DNA of 64,000 nucleotides, taken from Methanobacteriota archaeon. GTDB lineage: Archaea > Thermoplasmatota > Poseidoniia > Poseidoniales > Poseidoniaceae. This document shows, piece by piece, positions 1-15,300 of this stretch; within the stretch, counting starts at the first letter, position 1, and each line of letters starts with the position of its first letter. Made by a program: the position numbers and the translations under genes. Under the pieces are notes generated by a model. It was not told where the DNA came from. It searched no databases and saw nothing but the letters and a program-made list of their open reading frames with translations. The stretch lies in NCBI GenBank assembly GCA_018691345.1, contig JABGTJ010000039.1, positions 33,074 to 97,073 on the forward strand, given 5' to 3'.

Positions 1-1453
1 ATCTGGAAGGGGTATGGCTTCTTCCACTTCAAGACGGAGTTCTAATCGTTGTCCGTCTAGCATGCCCCACGTCGAACCTGTTTGGGTCACAAGAACCTGT
101 TCTGGTACGCCTGGATAGGATGCATCCCAGAGTTGTTGCAATCGGTTTTCAATCAGCTCATCCAATTGTATCTCGGTATCCGATTGGACTTCATCACCCA
201 AGGCCCACATGGGATGTAGAATCCCCCCGACGAGGAGGAAAAGTACACCCGGAGTGAAAAACCCAAACCTAAGAAGCGAAGAGGTTGAATTCCGTAAGCC
301 ATCAAAAACAAACCCTGCGAACAAAAGGAGAGAGAGGAAAAGGAAGCCTGAAGAATGCCTTGAAAGCGAAACTGGGGCATCTTCATCGCCAAGAAGAGCA
401 CTACCTGCTGGATAGAACGCTTTTCCATCGAAATCTGCAGGTGTAACTGGACCAGCGCCTTCAAACGCGAGTTGCCCAGTCCAAGCATACGGTTGGAATT
501 TACCAGCAGTTCCTCCAAAACAGAAGGTGTAGTCACCAACTGGCATAGCTCTCCAACGGTAAGTCGTTCGAGTCGAATCATCGTCTTCCCGAACAATGAC
601 TTCGGGAGAATTCGATAATCTTCCTGAAGGTTGGATAAGGTCTGGCATTCCGTGACTTTGTTGAATTTCAATCGGAACAGTCTCCCATACCAAGTAAATG
701 TTTATGACCTCGTGCTGTTCAATGGTAAACGTCCAGCAATCACGGTCTGTTTCCAAAAGTGCCCCGTAGTGTACCGTTTCAAACTCAGTAGAACGAGGTT
801 CAAGGTCACTCGATGGTTCGTCAGAGTTACGAGATTCTACATCTTCAGACCAAGGTATTTGCAGTTCCATTGATGAAGCCCCTCTCAAGTGTAATTCCCA
901 TGTACCTGGTCGGTCGAGAACAAAGGTCATTCGAAGGCGAACTGGGTCATCCGGCCATAGAACACGGTCGCCGTTGAGATTGAGTGATTCGTCCTCAAGA
1001 GTGTAGGGGCTTGTCGTTGATAAAGATGGAACAAAATCTGCTTCAAAATTCCATTCAGTCACCGATGAGCCAAGAATAAGTGAAACATCCAATTCAGGTT
1101 TGTTGTATCCTGAAACCTCTCCGGTAAAACGCAAATCCAAAATCATCGAATCCAACAACGTTGGGAGCAATGCTAACTCAACTTGTCTGGGGTCCATCTC
1201 AAATTCAAGCGTGACCGTTTCTGGTTGAGCAGGGGAGGCAAAAATGCTGTTGGATACGACTTCTTCGCCGCTGGCAACGGAAGTGAGTTGGCATTCATCG
1301 TCTTGAATGCAGGATAAGAAAAGTTTGCCCCCGTCCGGTGATTCGGTTAGGTTTGCCTGAGAAAGAGGAGCGCAAAAGGACAACAGAAAAAGTCCGAGAA
1401 TGACTGCCATCGGCACAGGAAATGAGCGTCGAACGAGGAAAGAACGGCTCATG
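1..1453 (-). CDS. Secreted/membrane-anchored hypothetical protein (partial; C-terminus lies beyond the window start)
   Basis: Manual reverse translation from an ATG at 1453 gives an uninterrupted frame of more than 480 aa to position 1. It starts MSRSFLVRRSFPVPMAVILGLFLLSFCAPLSQA (signal peptide) and has a hydrophobic stretch LFLSLLLFAGFVF near the window edge. It is missing from the ORF track because there is no stop codon in the window. The track ORFs 153..671(-), 209..415(+) and 631..873(+) lie inside it in other frames. Confidence 0.55.
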
Positions 1454-1490
1454 TTTAACCCAACGCTCCATTGTCTTTCAAATCAATGGC

Positions 1491-2057
1491 TTATTGCTGA
1501 AACAAGGATGGATTTTTCTTGTCGATAAGGACAGTGTTGCACTTTCGGCAACGATAGCGTCTGTTGGATGGTTTCTGCCTCGGAAACTCTTGACTGCAGG
1601 TCGGGCAACACCAAAGCCACACGGCTCTGGCTCTACGTAAAGTCTCGGTAAACATCGGCCCTTGCTTGCCCGCTTTGCGACCTGGCCAAGCTGCTTCTAA
1701 TTGCCGAAACAGGGTATTGTGAGCACGTAAACCGAGGGCATGTATGTATTCGTGATGCAAGACAAAAGCAGAATAAGCCTTCCATTCAATGTTGAGCATT
1801 TGAGGGTGGATTTCAATCACTTCAACGTCGTTTGGTTGCAGTGAGTGTACATCAACACCCCGTTTCCACCGAGTAATACCATGGCGCTGCGTGGCGTTTT
1901 TCCTCAAAACACCTAAAGGGATGCTGCGTAAATCTTCGACTTGGGCATCAACCCATTCAGGCATATCCAACATAACTTCGAGGACAAAATCTCGTAGTTC
2001 GTCCAAGAGTAATACCTGCTCTTTGTTGGGTTTTGCCATAGGGGGATTCAACTCCAA
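1491..2057 (-). CDS. Putative Zn-metallopeptidase of the SprT/YgjP (DUF45) type with a C-terminal zinc ribbon
   Basis: The motif HHEYIHALGLRAHNTLF follows the H-E-x-x-H-x5-H-N-x-x-F pattern. The C-terminus has a CPTC...CRKC four-Cys ribbon. The true start is probably the MAKPNKE Met. Confidence 0.5.
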   Translation of the reverse strand: MELNPPMAKPNKEQVLLLDELRDFVLEVMLDMPEWVDAQVEDLRSIPLGVLRKNATQRHGITRWKRGVDVHSLQPNDVEVIEIHPQMLNIEWKAYSAFVLHHEYIHALGLRAHNTLFRQLEAAWPGRKAGKQGPMFTETLRRARAVWLWCCPTCSQEFPRQKPSNRRYRCRKCNTVLIDKKNPSLFQQ

Positions 2058-2539
2058 CGATGATAGGCAGGATGGCCCTCTTTGACCGCTACAAATAATC
2101 CGCTACCTGTGGCACAAACTTTCCCATTTGCTTCCAAAAGCAATTCAATTTCTGCACGGTCCTCACTTAATTCTTTGATTTGACTTGTTACTTTCAACGG
2201 AATGTCAACCGGAGTCGGTCTGCGAAGGTTAACGGTATACGAAGCGGTTACGGTACAAGGTGGTTCATCCAAACCTTGTGCGTCCATCAGGGCTACAGCA
2301 GCAGTCCAGTTACCGTGGCAATCAAGAAGCGTTCCGATGATTCCACCGTTAATCATGCCAGGGAAAGCTTGGTGATGAGATTCAGGTACATATTCCAAGG
2401 AAAGACCGTTCTCGATTCTGACGCTGTTCATTCGTAATCCTTTTTCATTGGCTGGACCGCAACCAAAACAAATCGAAGTTGGAGCGTATTGGCGCTGGAC
2501 ACCGATCTCTTCCATACCAGTGGCAAGACCTGCAAGCAC
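2048..2539 (-). CDS. Hotdog-fold thioesterase (PaaI/4HBT family)
   Basis: About 160 aa with family-like segments CFGCGPANEKGL and HQAFPGMINGGIIGTLLDCHGNWTAAVAL. Overlaps the downstream gene by 10 nt. Confidence 0.65.
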   Translation of the reverse strand: MLAGLATGMEEIGVQRQYAPTSICFGCGPANEKGLRMNSVRIENGLSLEYVPESHHQAFPGMINGGIIGTLLDCHGNWTAAVALMDAQGLDEPPCTVTASYTVNLRRPTPVDIPLKVTSQIKELSEDRAEIELLLEANGKVCATGSGLFVAVKEGHPAYHRWS

Positions 2540-2606
2540 TTGTTTTCTTTGCTTGGAGGGACGAACATATACGCATTCTTATTGAGGGAGTGAGTATGCA
2601 CGAACC

Positions 2607-3938
2607 ATGGCAGGTAAGAAGCGTAAGGCGAAAGCAAAGATTCGCGTAGCGCATGAACTGCCCCGAAGACGCAGAAATGCAATTCAAGAAGCAATGGCTG
2701 CACACAAACCGGAAGACCGCCCGGAATGGGATCGAGGAGCCAAATGGAGCAATACTCGATTCTATCGTAAAATCATCAAACCGGGGACCATGCGAACCGT
2801 TCACATGCCCTTGTTGGAAACGGACCTCGGAGATTCGTGGCCGATACCTGTAACTATTCTTCATGGAAGCCGACCAGGCCCAACGATTACCATACTTGGT
2901 GGCGTGCATGGCGATGAATTAACTGGACCGTCAACCTGCACACATTTGCTTTCGAACGCTTTTACTGATGAGGGAAAACCGCTCGACCCGACAAAAATGG
3001 CCGGTACCATTCGAATTGTACCGATTGTTAACCTCCCAGGCTACCGCGCAAAATCGAGATACTTCCCCGATGGACGTGACCTCAATCGACATTTCCCCGG
3101 AGACCCCAAAGGCTCAACCACCAAGCGTGTTGCCGCCCAGACATGGAAGTACTTGTTTTCAGATGCTGATGCGATTGTAGATTTACACAGCGCTGGAAAA
3201 GGCAGGTCAAATATGCCTCAAATTCGAGCAAACTTGGCGCATGCTGGCTCAAATATACTTGCCAAAGCATTTGGTATTGAAATCATACTGGATTCAAAAC
3301 CTCCCTCTGGCTCACTCCGTAAAGCAGCGATTGCCCTCGACATCCCCGTCGTCACGTACGAAGGTGGAGGTGCAAATACTCTGGACCACGAATCGGTAAA
3401 AGTCGCCATGCATGGAGTTCTCAATGTATTACGCTCGTTCCGTATGATTGATGGAAACCCCCTTCGCCCTCGCTTCCGTATGCTCGCAAGTGGCTCGCAT
3501 TGGTTGAGGGCCGGTGAAGGAGGTCTACTCGACATGTTTGTCTCTGCAGGCTCAGTCATGCGTGAGGGGGAAGTGATTGCAACAATTTCAGACCCGGGAA
3601 CACCAGGCATCACCGTTGATGTTGTAGCACCCGAAGATGGCCTTCTCATTGGTGCAGCAACCAATCCATTCACTGCCGCAGGAATGCCAGTAGGCCACTT
3701 TTTGCCCATATCGAAACATCTGAAACTGCTCAGCGACCAGATTGATACAAACGGGAGATTCCTCGTTTGTGGCTCACAAGGCGAAGCGGTATGGAGAGAA
3801 GAGCAAGACATTGATGAGGTGGCTGTTGAAGGCGATTGGAGTGGAGGAAGTGTTGATTCAGAATGGACAATTACCAAAGAAATCAATGAAACTCAAGGCG
3901 ACACCTTCAGTGACAATGAAGAAGAAGCTGAAGCGTGA
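2607..3938 (+). CDS. Succinylglutamate desuccinylase/aspartoacylase (AstE/AspA, M14-like) family Zn hydrolase
   Basis: Conserved motifs GGVHGDELTG, DLNRHFPG and VDLHSAG are present. The C-terminus is an acidic tail. Confidence 0.7.
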   Translation: MAGKKRKAKAKIRVAHELPRRRRNAIQEAMAAHKPEDRPEWDRGAKWSNTRFYRKIIKPGTMRTVHMPLLETDLGDSWPIPVTILHGSRPGPTITILGGVHGDELTGPSTCTHLLSNAFTDEGKPLDPTKMAGTIRIVPIVNLPGYRAKSRYFPDGRDLNRHFPGDPKGSTTKRVAAQTWKYLFSDADAIVDLHSAGKGRSNMPQIRANLAHAGSNILAKAFGIEIILDSKPPSGSLRKAAIALDIPVVTYEGGGANTLDHESVKVAMHGVLNVLRSFRMIDGNPLRPRFRMLASGSHWLRAGEGGLLDMFVSAGSVMREGEVIATISDPGTPGITVDVVAPEDGLLIGAATNPFTAAGMPVGHFLPISKHLKLLSDQIDTNGRFLVCGSQGEAVWREEQDIDEVAVEGDWSGGSVDSEWTITKEINETQGDTFSDNEEEAEA

Positions 3939-5195
3939 TCACGCATTCAGGAAGGACTCAACGGTATCTTTGACCTCTTGGTCTTCCATGTTGCGGCGCT
4001 GACTCTTAGCAACTTCAAACACGTGCGCAACCAAATCATCGGATGCTTCGTAGCCGTTTTGTTCAAGCCACCAAATGATGTTTGAGCGTCCAGCCATATG
4101 TCCGATTCGAATCACTTGCTTGAGACCAAAGTCGCCGGCAGGAACACCGGAATAGACTCGGTCAGCCAACCAGTGGTCGCCTTTCTTCATGGCTTTGATG
4201 ACGGCTGATGCATGAACACCGGTTCCGGTTTCAAAGGCATCCATTCCAAACACTGGATAATTTCGAGGGAGCGGGACTTCGATGTACTCGTTTGCCTTTT
4301 GCATGTAAGCATCAAGTTGCGTTAAATCGTTTTCAATGACACCGAGGAGTTTCAAATTGACGAGTGTTTGGTCAAGAGGAGCGTTACCTGCTCGCTCACC
4401 GACCCCAAGAGCGGTTCCATGAATCACATCTGCACCGGCTTCAACCGCTGCGATGTTATTTGCAACGCCGAGACCACGGTCTTGATGACCGTGCCAGTTC
4501 ACTTCAATTTCTGAGCGTTTGTAGCCTGAATCTTTGATAACTTCTTCGTCAATGAATTGGAGCAGTTGCTTGACACCGTTTGGAGTCACGTGCCCACATG
4601 TGTCGCAAATACACAGACGTCGTGCACCCAACTCCATAGCTCGTTCGTAGATGAGTTTGACATCCTCTGGCTTTGAACGGGTTGTGTCTTCTGTGACGAA
4701 CATTACTGGAACATCATTGTCCACAGCGTATGAGACGGCTTTCTCCATGGTTGCAAGGAGTTTGTCCATTGTCCATCCTTCTGTGTATTGGCGTATTGGG
4801 CTGGTACCGAGGAAAGCACTGGCTTGAATTGGAATTCCGTGTTTTGCTTGCATTTCAACAAGAGGTTCAATGTCACTCATGAGGGTACGAACGGCTGCAC
4901 CGGGTCGAATCTGAAAATCGTTCTCAGTAATATGGGACAGCATAGCATCAATGTGTTCCAAATGGAACGGACCTGCTCCTGGAAGTCCAAGGTCGACTTT
5001 CTGAATTCCTAGTTTTTCCATGAAACTTAGCAGTTCAATCTTTTGATCAATGGTTGGATTGCGTGCGCTGGGGCTTTGCAGTCCGTCTCGAAGCGTCTCG
5101 TCATCGAACCAAACACCGTGCGGATGATTCGCAGGGTTTCTGTTCAAATCGTAATCAACTGTATTCCAATCATAAATCAAAGAGCGCTCTTCCAT
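3939..5195 (-). CDS. HMGL-like family synthase (2-isopropylmalate, citramalate or homocitrate synthase-like)
   Basis: Motifs DETLRDGLQS and WHGHQDRGLGVANNIAAVEAGADVIHGTALGVGERAGNAPLD are typical of the pyruvate-carboxyltransferase fold. At 418 aa it has no long LeuA regulatory domain. Confidence 0.7.
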   Translation of the reverse strand: MEERSLIYDWNTVDYDLNRNPANHPHGVWFDDETLRDGLQSPSARNPTIDQKIELLSFMEKLGIQKVDLGLPGAGPFHLEHIDAMLSHITENDFQIRPGAAVRTLMSDIEPLVEMQAKHGIPIQASAFLGTSPIRQYTEGWTMDKLLATMEKAVSYAVDNDVPVMFVTEDTTRSKPEDVKLIYERAMELGARRLCICDTCGHVTPNGVKQLLQFIDEEVIKDSGYKRSEIEVNWHGHQDRGLGVANNIAAVEAGADVIHGTALGVGERAGNAPLDQTLVNLKLLGVIENDLTQLDAYMQKANEYIEVPLPRNYPVFGMDAFETGTGVHASAVIKAMKKGDHWLADRVYSGVPAGDFGLKQVIRIGHMAGRSNIIWWLEQNGYEASDDLVAHVFEVAKSQRRNMEDQEVKDTVESFLNA

Positions 5196-5278
5196 TGAAC
5201 ATCACCGCATCAGCCGACTTGGGCCGGTGCATGACGAGTCACAATGGAGTCATGTTTCAATGCGTCGGCTGAAGAAAA

Positions 5279-10019
<4,741 letters not shown>

Positions 10020-10025
10020 TCAAAG

Positions 10026-10040
10026 GGGTATATTTGTGCT
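10026..10040 (-). promoter_or_regulatory. Putative TATA box for the gyrB-gyrA operon
   Basis: The minus-strand sequence AAATATAC lies about 35-40 nt upstream of the gyrB ATG, followed by the GGAGGAATAATG ribosome-binding site and start. Confidence 0.35.
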
Positions 10041-10276
10041 TCAAAATGAATTGAAAATTACGAGATTATCCGAGATAATTTTGGCTCGCAGTCCACTATT
10101 TCCCCTACCTCACGCCCCTCTACATACATACCCTGTGACGAGGGGGTATAAAGATACTGCAAAAGGGGTGTCAAATGGCGTCGGTAAAGCCCGCGAAATA
10201 CCGCCACTAAAGGGGAAAATAAACACCGTTTTTGTGACCTTCTGAGACGGGGATTTTCGAACCGAAAAACCAACTT

Positions 10277-11146
10277 TTGAAGAAGCAGTTTCAACACCTT
10301 ACAAGCGAGAGCGTTAAGAAGCCGTCCAAAGTCGCCGAAAGTATGCCCAACCCGAAGATATGCGTCTCTCTCGAAGAAACAACCGTCAAAGCAATGGTTG
10401 ACGAAGCCGCTCGCGCCGGAATTCAAGGAGCAGACATGGTCGAAGTTCGATTTGACCGATTGTACCTTACCAAGCCTCAAGCCACCGTCGTCGAAGACGA
10501 AGAAGGAAACCGAACATCCACCATGCCTCCAGTCAACGACTGGGCTGTTGCAGATGTATCGGAACTCGATGTTGCTGAATCAATTGCTGCATTGAAAGAA
10601 GGAATTCCTCTCCCTGTCGTCTTTGCAGTTCGCCCAGTCCGTGAAGGCGGTCATTTCCCTGGAAATGAAGAAGAACGCATTGCAATACTTCAACACGCAG
10701 TGAGCTCAAACGTAGCGTGGATTGACCTCGAAATTTCCATTGTGGACAAAGAGCGCAAAGCACTGGTCAAGGCAGCAAAGGCAGCAAGTTGCCAAATTAT
10801 CGCATCGCAACACGATGTCGAAGGAACACCAAGCGCTGAAGAAATCATAACTATGGTTTCTGAAAACGGAGAGCATGGTGATGTTTTCAAGTACTGCAGT
10901 ACCGTCAACGACCACCAAGATGCATTGCAGCTTATTGATGCAGCGAACACACTATCTACTCAAGATTCAACACCGCTTTACAGCCTCATGGCTCTAGGCA
11001 ACGGCGGTGACTGGGCTCGACTCCACGCACCCACACTCGGCCAAGAAATGGTCTACGCAACCATGCGTGATGAATTCCGACTCTCTGACAAGGGCCTTGT
11101 GAACGTTCGAGACCTCCAAGATGCTTGGAGACTCCTTGAGTATTGA
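10277..11146 (+). CDS. aroD: 3-dehydroquinate dehydratase, type I
   Basis: Motifs KICVSL, VEVRFD, PLPVVFAVRP, IIASQHD...TPS and TPLYSLMALG match type I DHQase. The true start may be MPNPKICVSL at 10343. Confidence 0.75.
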   Translation: MKKQFQHLTSESVKKPSKVAESMPNPKICVSLEETTVKAMVDEAARAGIQGADMVEVRFDRLYLTKPQATVVEDEEGNRTSTMPPVNDWAVADVSELDVAESIAALKEGIPLPVVFAVRPVREGGHFPGNEEERIAILQHAVSSNVAWIDLEISIVDKERKALVKAAKAASCQIIASQHDVEGTPSAEEIITMVSENGEHGDVFKYCSTVNDHQDALQLIDAANTLSTQDSTPLYSLMALGNGGDWARLHAPTLGQEMVYATMRDEFRLSDKGLVNVRDLQDAWRLLEY

Positions 11147-11185
11147 AGACGCTTACAGCCTCTTTAGAACGGCTTTTTTGCCAGT

Positions 11186-12334
11186 TCAAGTTTGGTCCAC
11201 TGGCAAGGGATGTTCCTCGATTGAACTGTTGTGTTGAAGTGATTCGAGAGGGATTGGTTCCGGGAGTGGGACTGGTTCTTGCCATTCCTTGGCTGTCGGT
11301 TCCAGATCGTCCCCTTGACCGGGACGTTGCGCGGGAGTATCAAGGGACGGAACGATGTTTTGCACTTCTTCTGTCATCATGAGCCCAGCCTTCATGTAAC
11401 GGGCGTTGAGGATGAACGGTGCAACAAGCGTAGCCAGGAACCCTACAAGGAATACAATCGCCACAGTGTAAGGCGGTAGAACCAGACTTCGTTCAGTCGT
11501 AATAATGGTAATATCAGCAGCCACAATCGTATCTGGCGCTTCAGCATCAAAGTCATGCACGTTATCCCATGTGTCGACGACGATGTAGAAGTCTTGCCAG
11601 TCGGTTCCAGAGAAGAACGAGGTGTAAATTTCAGGACCGTCGAGGTTTAAAGCAAAATTAACCTCTGAAGTTTTCTCATACTCGTGTGAATCACGGAATG
11701 ACTTCCATCCAAGGAAATTGAAACTTCTCCATTCCGGTGGAATATCCGATAAAGAATCTTGAACATCGCCGTTGAAGTACCATGCGTCTTCATCGTGACT
11801 TGAGTGGTATGATTCTTCATAATTTGAGTATTGTTCTGAAGTGAAGAGGTAGACATCTGCATTGACCGGATTGAAATTCGTATCCTGTAATGTTATGCAG
11901 ACGGTTGTACGGAAATCAGCCGAGAGGTTGACACGCAAGGCACCAACGCTGTCGTTTCCGATGAGCATGGTTGTGAAATGATTCACTTCCAAAGGATCGA
12001 GACGGGGATTGTAATAGTTGTTGTACATCCATGGCTCTTCCGGACTCAGTTCAGCGTTATAGCCCGGTTGAGAAGAAGAGGATTTCGGTGGTTCCCCTTC
12101 ATCACGTTCCATTTCCATTTCATCTTCATAGTAGTAACCACTCCACCACATGCTGTTATGGTGCGGAACAAGAGACGTGCGTTGAACGGTTTCGTTCCAA
12201 AGCACAGGAGTTGTGTCACCTGCGCACGCATCTGCTGCCTGCACCTGAACCGCCAATGGCGATGAAAACGACATTAAGAACAAAGGCAGGAGGAGGGTCA
12301 AGGTGATTGAACCAACTCGGATGTGTGTTGACAT
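11186..12334 (-). CDS. Secreted, C-terminally membrane-anchored hypothetical protein, co-operonic with the large PKD metallopeptidase
   Basis: It has a signal peptide (MSTHIRVGSITLTLLLPLFLMSFSSPLAVQVQA), a Y/W/D-rich ectodomain, and a C-terminal TM segment (VAIVFLVGFLATLVAPFIL) followed by a short tail. It lies 48 nt downstream of the 12383..16585 gene on the same strand. Confidence 0.5.
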   Translation of the reverse strand: MSTHIRVGSITLTLLLPLFLMSFSSPLAVQVQAADACAGDTTPVLWNETVQRTSLVPHHNSMWWSGYYYEDEMEMERDEGEPPKSSSSQPGYNAELSPEEPWMYNNYYNPRLDPLEVNHFTTMLIGNDSVGALRVNLSADFRTTVCITLQDTNFNPVNADVYLFTSEQYSNYEESYHSSHDEDAWYFNGDVQDSLSDIPPEWRSFNFLGWKSFRDSHEYEKTSEVNFALNLDGPEIYTSFFSGTDWQDFYIVVDTWDNVHDFDAEAPDTIVAADITIITTERSLVLPPYTVAIVFLVGFLATLVAPFILNARYMKAGLMMTEEVQNIVPSLDTPAQRPGQGDDLEPTAKEWQEPVPLPEPIPLESLQHNSSIEEHPLPVDQT

Positions 12335-12382
12335 GGCTCCCCCTCAAGATGCTATTAGCGAGGAGGTTATACAAACTAACGG

Positions 12383-15300
12383 TCAACTTCTTCGGCGAAG
12401 TGGCCGAATATATCCGCTGTCGTCACTCCTGCGTTCATCTTTGGATAGAATTCCGGGAGCAGGCGGGGGAGTATGGTGATCCATCCCCAATAATCCGCCT
12501 TGACTTTCGACATGCTCTACATCGGTATAGGCCTCTGCGGCTTGCTTTGCTTCATCTTCAAGATCCGACGGTTCTCGCATAACCAGCCATCCGAGGATAA
12601 GAGCGACTGAAATCAGTGCCACAAGAGTAGCCAAATCCGAACCAGCATCGGTCAACCAACTTTTCCAATCTTCTACGCTAAAGTCCGAAAGAGAAGGAGG
12701 GTCTGATGGCTCTGGACTGACTTCAATTTCAAGGTCCATACGATCACAAATGCCTACACTGTCGCAGACTTCCAGTCGTATTGTGTAGAGGCCTACTTCA
12801 TCCCATGAACCAGAAACTCGGCTTTCTGAGCCTGCAATTGGGTCAATCCAATCGTCTGCTGGGTCCCCGTTTTCATTCGCATCAACCTCTATGTCGAGGT
12901 CCCATCGAATAACAAGCTCAGGACTGAGCGTTTCGTCTCGGTCCGAAATTGAGCCGTCGTTGACATTGGTATCTCGATAAACCGCTATGGCCAAGTCTGA
13001 TTCGATATCTGAAATGTTGGCGCTTATGGAATACGAATCGGTGACAATAATTTCCTCTTGTATGAATATATCATGAATAATCGGTGGGTGGTCAACAACG
13101 ACCGTGAAGAGTGAACGGGAAACATCCCCTGTTCCAAACGCATCTCGAACAGTGAGTGAAACGGTGTATTCCCCTGGAAGAGAATACGAATGCCAAGGTG
13201 TAGGTTCGGAATTCAAAGGAGAACCGTCGCCAAAGTCCCAAGTGTATTGGACAATTCCATTCCAGTTTGGAGAGTTTGTGTCGAGTGGAACATATTTGCC
13301 TTCAAAGGTTTGGTCCCCATCTCGAGTTCCATCAGAGTCGAAATACAACAAAGCATGCGGTGCTGCAAACGTTTCATCAGCTTCGTTGAAGGTTCGAGAC
13401 CAATCCAAATCGGTCACTTCAGGCAAGGAACTGGAATCCGTCATTTGTTCCTCATTGTACCAAGCATCAAGAATTCGAACGGATATGATTGGTAGAGGGT
13501 TAGCGATTTCAACAGTCAAGACACGAGCTATACTTTCTGCACCAGCCTCATCCGTGACGACCAAGACAACGGTATGGGTTCCTGGCAATGAAAATGTGTG
13601 GGTCACTTGTGGGCTTGAGCCAAACGTACCATCATCGGAGAAGCTCCAATTGTAAGTCAAATCGCTCGAATCACCGACCGTACCATCGGGGTCAAAAGAG
13701 TCTCTGCCGTCGAAGGTGTAAGGCGTCTCCACCTGACCATCTTCAACTCGGAAATCAATGAGAGCGGTGCCGGAACTTGTTGTTTTGACCACGAAATCAG
13801 CGACTGGTATCTGGTTTAATACCAGGATCGACAAAGCAGTTGAAACCGAACTTCCGTCGTCGTCAGTTACGGTTAATTCTGCTGATTTAATTCCGGGGGT
13901 ATCCCACGAAGGCATAGGGTTTGACTGAGAAGATGTCGTTTGTGTGAAATCGTCGTTTCGATCAGAAACGCCAACTCCCAAGTTTACTCCTTCAGGGAAG
14001 AACCAGGCATAAGACACAATGCTTCCGTCATCGTCCTTGAACACATCTGGCATTACAATCGAGTTGTAAGTTGAAGTCGAGAGATTATCCGAGAAAATCT
14101 GGTAAGGGATACGGTTGTTGACAATGACTTCGATGCTCTTCACGCCTAAATTGATGCCGTCAGATACCGTGAGAGTGAGGTCGTAAGTTGCATTCACACC
14201 GTTGATATCTCCCCATTCATGCGGTGCTTGGAAAAGACCAATGCCGCTGTCAATAACGCCGTCGCCCCAATTCCATTCAAAGGTCAAATTCTGAGTAGGT
14301 ACGTTGTCTGAAGTAAGTGAGGCTGAAAACAAAATCAGTTGCTCAGTAAGTATGGAGACTTGATTTTCGATAACAACGCCGTTAACCGTAATGAGCGGCA
14401 CAGGAGGGGAAATGTCCGTGATGTTCAATTGCAAAACATCGACATCCGACCAAGAACCTCCTTGGTCTTCGACTCGAAGTGTGGCGTTGTAAAGTCCGAT
14501 GTCCTCGTATGAGCGAAGCGGTGATTTGAGCCCGGAGGTCGTCCCATCCCCAAAGTTCCACGCATAAGCAACGGGTGAATCAGAATACGGCAAGGAATTG
14601 TTGTCGAAAGAGAGACCCCAAGCGTCAAATCCATCGCCAGTGAATTGGATGTTTTCCCAAGTTTGAGATTCATTTGGAGCAACGGTACCGTTCGCAGTGG
14701 GTTTCATGTTGTCCAAAATCTGGGGAGATGTCGACAAGGTGTCAACAGTGGTACCAATCATGTCGGTCATTTCCATCTCGAAGGTAAATTGAGAGTTTTT
14801 TGGAGCAGTGAACCAAATGCTTTCCTCAGTGGGGACGCCGCCACCTGCTGAAACTCTCTTCGTTTGCGTGTCGATTACGATTCCACTGCTGTCAAGAACC
14901 TTGGTCGTCACGTCTAAATCTTCAAAAAAGGCGTTTGAGAAGACTTGGTAGTTAATTTGAGCAGTATCTGATGCCCCATCACCGTCTCGATCGCTCAGTA
15001 CGGTGTTGTTGAGAGTGAGCGTTGCAGGGGAAGTGATTCGCGCTGCTTCGATATCGACGGTGCCTTGAGGATATGATGGTCCACACGAAGTATAATCGCA
15101 ATCAGCAACGGTACTCGCGTACCATGTGATGGCCCACACTTCGTTGGTGAGGTTACCGAATCCTGGAATAAGTGCGGTTGCAACGTTGCTTTGGAAATCT
15201 AAGTCAGTCACCGACCATAATCCATCCGCAGTTGCCTTCGACACCACAACGCCATCAAATTGACTCACATCAGCGGTCAGTCGCATAGTGAGAGGGGCCG

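Noticed and set aside
153-873. Track ORFs 153..671(-), 209..415(+) and 631..873(+) near the window start
   Set aside because: They lie inside, and out of frame with, a long uninterrupted minus-strand coding frame (1453 down to 1) that has a signal peptide and coherent composition. Their products are low-complexity or Arg/Lys-rich, typical of off-frame translation.
10036-10245. 69-aa ORF in the gyrB-aroD intergenic region
   Set aside because: It is proline- and low-complexity-rich, has no ribosome-binding site or conserved motifs, and overlaps predicted promoter elements. The region is more likely regulatory or ncRNA than coding.
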